Positions 27,962-35,143 of a stretch of 35,143 nt of DNA are shown piece after piece. Each line of letters opens with the position of its first letter. Position 1 is the stretch's first letter. The DNA comes from an uncultured Enterobacterales bacterium (lineage in GTDB: Bacteria > Myxococcota_A > UBA796 > JAFGLY01): the NCBI GenBank assembly GCA_964532635.1, contig CAZHIK010000003.1, forward strand, positions 1 through 35,143, read 5' to 3'. The position numbers were made by a program, and so were the translations under genes. The notes beneath the pieces were generated by a model. That model searched no databases. It worked only from the letters and a program-made list of their open reading frames with translations, and was not told the origin of the DNA.

Positions 27962-28744
27962 CTATCCCTCACCCCAGGCTTCGCAACCCATCGCAGCGCG
28001 GAGCCTGGGGTCGAGCAAGTGGGACGACTTCACGTTGCGCAGGGCGGTCATCATGTTGCCCTTGACCTTGGGGTTGTCGGCCGTCAGCTCCGACAGCAGG
28101 GCCTTCATGTCCTGGCGCTTCTGGTCGGGCTGGTTGTCGCACAGTCCGCAGGGCAGGATCGGGAACTTCTGCTCGGCGGCCAGGGCCGCGATGTCTTCCT
28201 CGGCGCAGTAGTACAGCGGCCGGATCATCACGTTGCGGCCGTCGTCGGAGGTGAAGCGCGGGGCCATGGTGCCGATGCTGCCGGCGTAGAACAGGTTGAG
28301 CAGCAGGGTCTCGAGCACGTCGTCGCGGTGGTGGCCAAAGGAGATGCGGTCGTAGCCGGCCTCGAAGGCCTCGCGGTACAGCCGACCTCGCCGCAGCCGG
28401 GCGCAGAGCGAGCAGGTTGTCTCGCCAGGCTTCAGCTTCTCCTTGACCACCCGGTAGGTGTCCTGGCGAACGATGCGGAAGTCGTGGCCCTGCTCGGCCA
28501 TCCAGGCCACCAGCGGCTCGGGTTCGAAGCCGGGCTGACCCTGGTCGAGCAGCATGGCGTGCAGCTCGAAGTCGAAGGGCACCCGGGCCCGCATCAGGGC
28601 CAGCAGGTGCATCATCGCCACGCTGTCCTTGCCGCCGGACACGCAAGCCAGCACCCGATCACCCGGCCGGATCAGCCGGAAGTCTCCGTTGGCACGGCCG
28701 ATGGCGCGGAGCAAGCGGCGCTCGAGCTTGGACAGGTTGGCCAT
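27962..28744 (-). CDS. ttcA: tRNA 2-thiocytidine(32) synthetase TtcA (PP-loop ATPase)
   Basis: AGGAG lies upstream of ATG 28744 (MANLSKLERRLL...). The PP-loop is ACVSGGKDS. Conserved Cys motifs are CSLCARLRRG and PCGLCDNQ. The listed ORF extends to 28822 but lacks RBS support there. Confidence 0.85.
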   Translation of the reverse strand: MANLSKLERRLLRAIGRANGDFRLIRPGDRVLACVSGGKDSVAMMHLLALMRARVPFDFELHAMLLDQGQPGFEPEPLVAWMAEQGHDFRIVRQDTYRVVKEKLKPGETTCSLCARLRRGRLYREAFEAGYDRISFGHHRDDVLETLLLNLFYAGSIGTMAPRFTSDDGRNVMIRPLYYCAEEDIAALAAEQKFPILPCGLCDNQPDQKRQDMKALLSELTADNPKVKGNMMTALRNVKSSHLLDPRLRAAMGCEAWGEG

Positions 28745-28815
28745 AGAGAGCTCCTGGGAAGGGGCGCCTCCTAACCGGAAGCACGCTGGCGGAAGCCGAG
28801 GGCGGACGCTCGCCC

Positions 28816-30027
28816 ATGACACCGAACTCCCGCCGCGCTACCTCAGCCTGCCACCCCCTTCGCCCCACGACGAGCCCCGTGCCCCGCACCAATCCCCTCC
28901 TGGACCAGCTCGAGGCCTACCCCATGGCCGCTTTGGTGCGCGCGGTCACCACGTTGCGCGAGGCCGGTGGCCCGGTGTTCGACTTCGGCCTGGGCGATCC
29001 CGACGAACCCACCCCCGCCTTCGTGCGCCGAGCGCTACGCGAGGCTGTGCCCCCGGTCAGCCAGTACCCCACCGTGAGAGGCACCCTGCCTGTACGGGGA
29101 GCCATCGCGACCTACCTGCAGCGCCGCTTCGGCGTGTGGGTCGATCCCGAGACCCAGGTGCTACCCACCAGCGGCTCCAAAGAAGCGGTGTTCCACCTGC
29201 CCATGGCGGTGATCGACCGCGACGCCCCTGATCGGGCTGTGGTCTTCCCAGACCCAAGCTACCCGGCGTACGGCCGCGGAGCGCTGTTCGCCGGTGGCGA
29301 CCCCGTAGCCGTGCCCCTGCCGAGCGACTGGTGTTTCAGGCCCTGGGAGCTGAGTGCCGACCTGCTGGCCCGCACCCGCATCCTCTACATCAACTCGCCC
29401 CACAATCCCTCGGGGGTCATCGCGGACCTGGACACCCTGCGCCGGATCCATGGCCTGTGCCTCGAGCACGACATCCTGCTGGTGGCCGACGAGTGCTATG
29501 CCGACGTGTACGACCACCAGCCTCCCCCCTCCCTGCTCGAGGTGGGGCTGGAAAACGCTCTGGTGATCCACTCCCTTTCCAAGCGCTCGGGCATGACCGG
29601 CTACCGCTCCGGCTTCATGGCCGGTGATCCCCGCTGGATCGGCATCCTGGGTGAGCTTCGCACCAACCCGGGGGTGGCGCCCCAGGACTTCGTCAACGCC
29701 GCCGCGGCCGCCGCCTGGTCCGACGACGACCACGCCGACCAGCGACGCCGTGTGTTCTCCGCCAAGCGCGCCCTGATGCGGGACTTCCTCGAGGGGATCG
29801 GCCTCGAGGTCGCTCCCAGCCAGGCCACCTTCTACCTGTGGTTCCGCGCACCCGAAGGCCACGATGACACCAGCTACGCAGAGCTGCTGCGGAGCGCCGG
29901 CATCGTGGTTGTCCCCGGGCGAATGCTGGGTAGCACCCCCGCCTGCCTCGGCTGGCTACGCCTGGCCCTGGTGCCGGATCTCGAAGGCTGCAAGGCCGCC
30001 TGCCAAGCCTGGGCGCAGCTGGTGTGA
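28816..30027 (+). CDS. Class I/II pyridoxal-phosphate aminotransferase, candidate succinyldiaminopimelate aminotransferase (DapC)
   Basis: Aminotransferase fold motifs are present: GLGDPDEPTP, SGSKEA, YINSPHNPSG and the PLP-lysine block SLSKRSGMTGYRSGF. It is on the same strand as dapD and dapE in the same cluster. An alternative in-frame GTG start lies at 28879. Confidence 0.6.
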   Translation: MTPNSRRATSACHPLRPTTSPVPRTNPLLDQLEAYPMAALVRAVTTLREAGGPVFDFGLGDPDEPTPAFVRRALREAVPPVSQYPTVRGTLPVRGAIATYLQRRFGVWVDPETQVLPTSGSKEAVFHLPMAVIDRDAPDRAVVFPDPSYPAYGRGALFAGGDPVAVPLPSDWCFRPWELSADLLARTRILYINSPHNPSGVIADLDTLRRIHGLCLEHDILLVADECYADVYDHQPPPSLLEVGLENALVIHSLSKRSGMTGYRSGFMAGDPRWIGILGELRTNPGVAPQDFVNAAAAAAWSDDDHADQRRRVFSAKRALMRDFLEGIGLEVAPSQATFYLWFRAPEGHDDTSYAELLRSAGIVVVPGRMLGSTPACLGWLRLALVPDLEGCKAACQAWAQLV

Positions 30028-31460
30028 GCCGCGAAGGCCGTGAAGGCTGGCGCCCCGCCCCGGCCCCGCTGCGCCTGATCCCTGCCGCCGCGATAGCGCT
30101 GTTCATCACGGGGCTGGCCACCTGGTGGGCCATGGCGTCCCTGGCCCCGGAAGGGCCAGGCCGGGCGCACGCGGTGGAGACCTGGCCAAAGGACGGCGCG
30201 CGGGGGGTACCCGCCGGCCTGCAGCGCGTCGAGCTGGTGTTCGACCGACCCATGTCCGCGCGGGAGTGGGAGTGGGAGGACCGTGGCGAGGACGTGCCAG
30301 AGCCCAGGGGAGCCCGGGAGTGGGCCGATCCCACCCAGGCCACCATCCCAGTTTGGCTCGAGCCGGGCCGCAGCTATCGCTTCGCCCTGGGCCACGGCCT
30401 GGCTCCGCTGTACGCCGCGGACCGGACGCGAGCCGAGCCAGTGGAGATCCACTTCGAGACCGCGCCCGACCCGCCGACGGCTCCGTCCTCGGAAGAGCTC
30501 ACCGCCATGTCCCTCGAGCAGCTCCAGGAGGCCCTGCCGGCGCGCTACTCCTACGCAGACCTGCGGGGGGTGGACTGGGACGCATGGCACGCCCAGGCCC
30601 AGGCCGAGCTGGGAGGGCTGCTCGAGCCCCGCGCCTTCGCCGAGGGCCTGCTGCACCTGCTGGCCCCCCTCGAGGACGTCCACGTCACGGTGCAGCACGG
30701 TGCCGACTTCGAGCGGCGCTCCCACAGGGTGAAGCCGCGTCGCACCGTGGATCCGGATCGGCTGTCCAAGCTGGTCCCCGGCCTGGAGCCACGGGGGGAA
30801 CGCGTCCAGGCGGGGCGCTGGGATGACGGGACCGGCTACCTGACCATCCGCTCCTTCGCCGGCGATCAGGAAGCGCTGGCCGAGGAGGCCCTCGAGGTGC
30901 TCGAGGGGTGGCGCGGCGGTCCCGGCGGGATCATCGACCTGCGAGAGAACGGCGGCGGCAGCGATGACGCAGCCTGGCGGATCGCCACCCTGTTCCAGGA
31001 CGTGCCCAGAATCTACGAGCTGTCGCAGCGGGTGGACCCCGGCACACCCGGGGGGTTCACCCCCATCAGCGAGCGCCGCATCCGCCCCCACCCCGACGGC
31101 CTGTACCTGGACGTTCCTGTCGCCGTGCTGATGGGACCCCGCTGCGGCAGCGCCACCGAGCGCTTCCTGCTGGCAATGGACCAGGCGCCCAATGCCCGCA
31201 GCTTCGGCGAGCCCAGCTTCGGCAGCAGCGCCGGGCCCCGCCCGACCCACCTGGCCAACGGGGTCACCTTGCAGCTGCCGGCCTATCGCCCGATGCGACC
31301 CGACGGTGTGCTGGTGGAGGGCAACGGCCTGGAGCCCGACGTGCGGGTCGCCTGGAGTCCCGATGAGCAGTCACAGGGAGACCCGGTGCTCGAGGCCGCG
31401 CTGAGCTGGCTGCGTTCCGAGGGCCCGGCCCCCTTGACCCCCGAAGCAGACCCCAGATAG
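30024..31460 (+). CDS. Membrane-anchored S41 family serine peptidase with an N-terminal Ig-like (SbsA-type) domain
   Basis: GTG 30024 overlaps the upstream stop (GTGA). The N-terminal anchor is LIPAAAIALFITGLATWW. The segment WPKDGARGVPAGLQRVELVFDRPM is Big_5-like. S41 signatures are IIDLRENGGG and GPRCGSATERF (catalytic Ser context). Confidence 0.75.
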   Translation: MSREGREGWRPAPAPLRLIPAAAIALFITGLATWWAMASLAPEGPGRAHAVETWPKDGARGVPAGLQRVELVFDRPMSAREWEWEDRGEDVPEPRGAREWADPTQATIPVWLEPGRSYRFALGHGLAPLYAADRTRAEPVEIHFETAPDPPTAPSSEELTAMSLEQLQEALPARYSYADLRGVDWDAWHAQAQAELGGLLEPRAFAEGLLHLLAPLEDVHVTVQHGADFERRSHRVKPRRTVDPDRLSKLVPGLEPRGERVQAGRWDDGTGYLTIRSFAGDQEALAEEALEVLEGWRGGPGGIIDLRENGGGSDDAAWRIATLFQDVPRIYELSQRVDPGTPGGFTPISERRIRPHPDGLYLDVPVAVLMGPRCGSATERFLLAMDQAPNARSFGEPSFGSSAGPRPTHLANGVTLQLPAYRPMRPDGVLVEGNGLEPDVRVAWSPDEQSQGDPVLEAALSWLRSEGPAPLTPEADPR

Positions 31461-31585
31461 GCGAGGGCCATGCCACAGCCCCTCGACACCCTGCTGCCCC
31501 TGCTCGCGGAGTCCGCCCGCGGCTGGCACGCGCCTTGCTCTACCAGCCACCCACCTTCCACTCCCCCTTCCCCGTTGGAGACCCC

Positions 31586-32620
31586 ATGGCCCTCATCGCC
31601 GAGTACATCTGGATCGACGGCACCAAGCCGGCCGCCCACGTCCGCTCCAAGACCAAGATCGTCCCGGAGCACAGCGGCCCGGTGACCCTCGCCGAGCTCC
31701 CCTGCTGGAGCTTCGACGGATCCAGCACCAACCAGGCCGAGGGCGCCAACTCCGACTGCATCCTCGAGCCGGTCTGCATGGTGCCCGACCCGGTCCGGGG
31801 CGACGGCGCCTACCTGGTGCTGTGCGAGGTCCACAACCCCGACGGCACGCCCCACCCCACCAACAGGCGCGCCGAGCTGCGGGACGCGATCGACAGGGCC
31901 GGCCCTGGTCACGATCCCTGGATCGCCTTCGAGCAGGAGTACACGCTCTTCGAGGGCGCCAGGCCGCTGGGCTTCCCTGCAGAGCGCCGCTTCCCCGCCG
32001 CCCAGGGCCCATACTACTGCGGAGTGGGCGCCGACGAGGTCTACGGCCGCCCCCTGGCCGAGGAGCACATGTTCGCCTGCCTCGAGGCCGGCCTGGTGCT
32101 CACCGGCATCAACGCCGAGGTCATGCCCGGGCAGTGGGAGTTCCAGTGCGGTGGTCCGGGCACCGATCCGCTGACCGCCTCGGATCACCTCTGGCTGGCC
32201 CGCTGGCTGCTGTACCGCATGGGCGAAGGCCATGGAGTCTCGGCCACCCTGGATCCCAAGCCGGTGCCCGGTGACTGGAACGGTGCAGGCATGCACGCAA
32301 ACTTCTCCACCACCGCCATGCGCTCCGAAGGCGGCGCGGGCGTGATCGAAGAAGCCTGCCAGGCCCTGGGCCGCTACCATCGCGAGCACCTGGCGGTCTA
32401 CGGCGCCGGCAACGAGGCTCGCCTCACAGGCGCCCACGAGACCTGCTCCTACCGGGAGTTCCGCTACGGCGTGGCCGACCGCACTTCGAGCATCCGGGTA
32501 CCCCGCCTGGTGGCCGAGACCGGCCGTGGCTACCTCGAGGATCGCCGGCCTTCGGCCAACGCCGATCCCTACGAGGTCGCCACCGCCATGATGCTCACCA
32601 CCCTGGGCCTGCGGGACTGA
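31586..32620 (+). CDS. glnII: Glutamine synthetase type II (eukaryote-like GSII)
   Basis: GGAG precedes ATG 31586. The sequence is GSII-like throughout: EYIWIDG, SFDGSSTNQA, FEQEYTL, GPYYCGVGA, MPGQWEFQ, DWNGAGMHANFS, RLTGAHET and SIRVPR. Confidence 0.85.
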   Translation: MALIAEYIWIDGTKPAAHVRSKTKIVPEHSGPVTLAELPCWSFDGSSTNQAEGANSDCILEPVCMVPDPVRGDGAYLVLCEVHNPDGTPHPTNRRAELRDAIDRAGPGHDPWIAFEQEYTLFEGARPLGFPAERRFPAAQGPYYCGVGADEVYGRPLAEEHMFACLEAGLVLTGINAEVMPGQWEFQCGGPGTDPLTASDHLWLARWLLYRMGEGHGVSATLDPKPVPGDWNGAGMHANFSTTAMRSEGGAGVIEEACQALGRYHREHLAVYGAGNEARLTGAHETCSYREFRYGVADRTSSIRVPRLVAETGRGYLEDRRPSANADPYEVATAMMLTTLGLRD

Positions 32621-32732
32621 CCGCAGCAACAGGCTCGCCAGGCCGAAGCCCAGGCCCCACGGCACCTCAGTGGGCTAAGGGAGGCTGGTCGTGCCCCGGG
32701 CCTTCCCGCGGGCCAGGAACCACGGAGAATCC

Positions 32733-33519
<787 letters not shown>

Positions 33520-33542
<23 letters not shown>

Positions 33543-34671
33543 CCCCGCCGTGGAGCGCCTCGCCGAGCTGTGCCTCGAGCTGTGCGCCATCCCCAGCCCC
33601 ACCGGCCACGAGGCCCGGCTCTGCGGCCTGCTGGCCGAGCGCTTCGCCGAGACGCCCTGGTCCGCCGTGCGGGTGGGCAACGCCCTGGCGGTGCGCGGAC
33701 CCGTGCGCCGCGGGCGCCCCCTGCTCACCCTGGTGGGCCACACCGACACCGTGCCCGCCGCCGTGGGTGGCCCCTACGCCCAGCTGGACGCCAGCGGCGA
33801 CCTACCGGCCTGGCGGGAAGGCGACCGGCTGTTCGGCCTGGGGGTGAGCGACATGAAGTCCGGCCTGGCCGTGATGCTGGCCCTGGCCGAGGACCTCGAC
33901 CCCACCGCCTTGCCGTGGGACCTGGGCCTGGTCTTCTACGACAAGGAAGAAGGCCCCTACGCCGACAACGGCCTCGAGCCACTGCTCGATGCGGTGCCGT
34001 GGATCTCCGAGAGCACCCTGGCGGTGCTGCTCGAGCCCAGCCAGGACGTCGCCATGCTGGGTTGCTTGGGCTGCCTGCACGGCTGGGTGCGCTTCGAGGG
34101 CCGCGCGGCCCACTCCGCCCGCAGCTGGCTGGGCGAGAACGCCATCCACAAAGCGGGGCCCTTCATCGGTGCGGTGGCGGCCAAGCCCCCGCGCCACGTG
34201 TCCATCGGCGGGCTGGACTACGTGGAGACCGTCAGCATCACCCTGGCCAAGGGTGGCAGCGCCCGCAACGTGGTGCCCGACCGGCTCGAGCTGAACCTCA
34301 ACTACCGCTTCGCCCCCGACCGCAGCATCGCCCAGGCCGAGTCACTGCTGATCCGCTTCGTGGCCGAAGCCAGCGACGGCCGAGCCAGCCTCGAGATCCA
34401 CGACCGGGCCCCCGCGGGCCCCGTGGACGCCGACCAGCCGGCTGTGCGGCACTACCTGGACCACACCGGTGTGGCCGTGGAGCCCAAGCTGGGCTGGACC
34501 GACGTGGCTCGGTTGTCCCTGCGTGGCATCCCCTGCGTCAACCACGGGCCGGGACTGGCGGCCCAAGCCCACCAGTCCCACGAGCACGCCGACCTGGCCC
34601 CCATCGCCGGCACCTACGGCCGCATCCGGTCGCTGCTCGAAGCGCCGCCCCCTCCCGGGATCGGCGGCTGA
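33520..34671 (+). CDS. dapE: Succinyl-diaminopimelate desuccinylase (M20 family metallopeptidase)
   Basis: GTG 33520 overlaps dapD by 23 nt. M20 motifs are LVGHTDTVP, GLGVSDMKSG and VFYDKEEG. It lies directly downstream of dapD. Confidence 0.75.
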
Positions 34672-34673
34672 TC

Positions 34674-35143
34674 ATGGCGCGCCGTCGGCCGGACCCACAG
34701 CTGCTCCTGCCGCTGGCGGCCGGTCTGCTGGTGCTGCTCGCCTCCACCCACACCCCGGTGGTGGACGAAGAGGTCTACCTGTGGCTGGCGGGCGCCTTGG
34801 CCGACGATCCACTCCATCCCTACGCCTTCCACCGTTCGATGCAGCCCTGGGGCCCGGGCCCGGAGACCTTCGGCTTCGCCCACCCGCCCCTGCACTGGGC
34901 CTGGGTGGCGCTGTGCAAGACCATTGCGGGTGAGCGGCTGTGGCTCCTGCGGGCCCTGGTCGCCCTGCCGCCGGCGGTGCTGCTGGGCTGGGCCACGGCC
35001 CGGCTGGCACGGCGCACCCGCGCGGGGGGGCTGGCGGGCGTGCTGTGGCTGGCCTCGCCCGTCACGGTGCTGGCCCTGGCCTCGGGCCTGATGATCGATC
35101 TGAGCGCCGTCGCCCTGGCCACAGCCGGGGTGGTGGCCTGGCG
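34674..35143 (+). CDS. 5' part of a polytopic membrane protein, possibly a GT-C fold (ArnT/PMT-like) glycosyltransferase; continues past the right edge
   Basis: ATG 34674 lies 2 nt after the dapE stop. I translated the frame by hand to the window end without a stop. The product is hydrophobic, with an early VVDEEVYLW motif resembling the DExxY loop-1 motif of GT-C enzymes. It is absent from the ORF track because no stop lies within the window. Confidence 0.45.
   Translation, partial: MARRRPDPQLLLPLAAGLLVLLASTHTPVVDEEVYLWLAGALADDPLHPYAFHRSMQPWGPGPETFGFAHPPLHWAWVALCKTIAGERLWLLRALVALPPAVLLGWATARLARRTRAGGLAGVLWLASPVTVLALASGLMIDLSAVALATAGVVAW

Noticed and set aside
29874-32665. Minus-strand ORFs 29874-31250 (458 aa) and 31283-32665 (460 aa)
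   Set aside because: They lie antisense to the S41 peptidase and GSII genes, both of which have diagnostic motifs. Their composition is low-complexity.

Overview
This is a high-GC bacterial chromosomal window (hand counts of single 60-nt lines run about 58-78% GC). Coding density is above 90%. I recognised no rRNA, tRNA, CRISPR array, transposase or integrase. All domain calls come from motifs read by eye in the supplied translations; no homology search was possible.

The gene content suggests a Myxococcota-like deltaproteobacterium, which is inference only. The basis is many lipobox lipoproteins with acidic or Cys-rich modules, a large set of soluble PAS/GAF two-component proteins, a type II glutamine synthetase, and pervasive ATGA/GTGA start-stop overlaps.

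Layout from left to right:
1. 2-2504 (+): a truncated Tyr/Asp/Cys-rich ORF, a CPBP intramembrane protease and a radical SAM/SPASM enzyme with an N-terminal PqqD-like peptide-recognition domain, all translationally coupled. A PlsC-like acyltransferase follows at 2577-3848.
2. 3987-8545 (+): a 1021-aa parallel beta-helix lipoprotein with lower GC, a GHL10-type glycosyl-hydrolase-like lipoprotein and a small secreted protein.
3. 8644-9861 (+): a tandem cyclic-nucleotide-binding protein.
4. 9858-21219 (-): eight tightly packed signalling genes with 5 histidine kinase cores and 7 receiver domains. The only enzymatic output is an HD-GYP domain.
5. 21353-24702 (-): a PAS/GAF HisKA_3 kinase with a NarL-type regulator.
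6. 24867-27955: an island of hyper-acidic lipoproteins. Two are paralogous lipoproteins with (DT/DA/DS)n linkers, one of them carrying five Cys4 DNDxDG modules. The third is a tetraheme c-type cytochrome lipoprotein ending in 19 consecutive Asp.
7. 27962-35143: housekeeping genes ttcA, a DapC-like aminotransferase, an S41 peptidase, glnII, dapD, dapE and the start of a GT-C-like membrane protein.

The best candidates for something undescribed are the rSAM/SPASM-CPBP peptide-modification module, the 11.4-kb soluble multi-kinase phosphorelay feeding an HD-GYP, and the acidic lipoprotein/cytochrome island.
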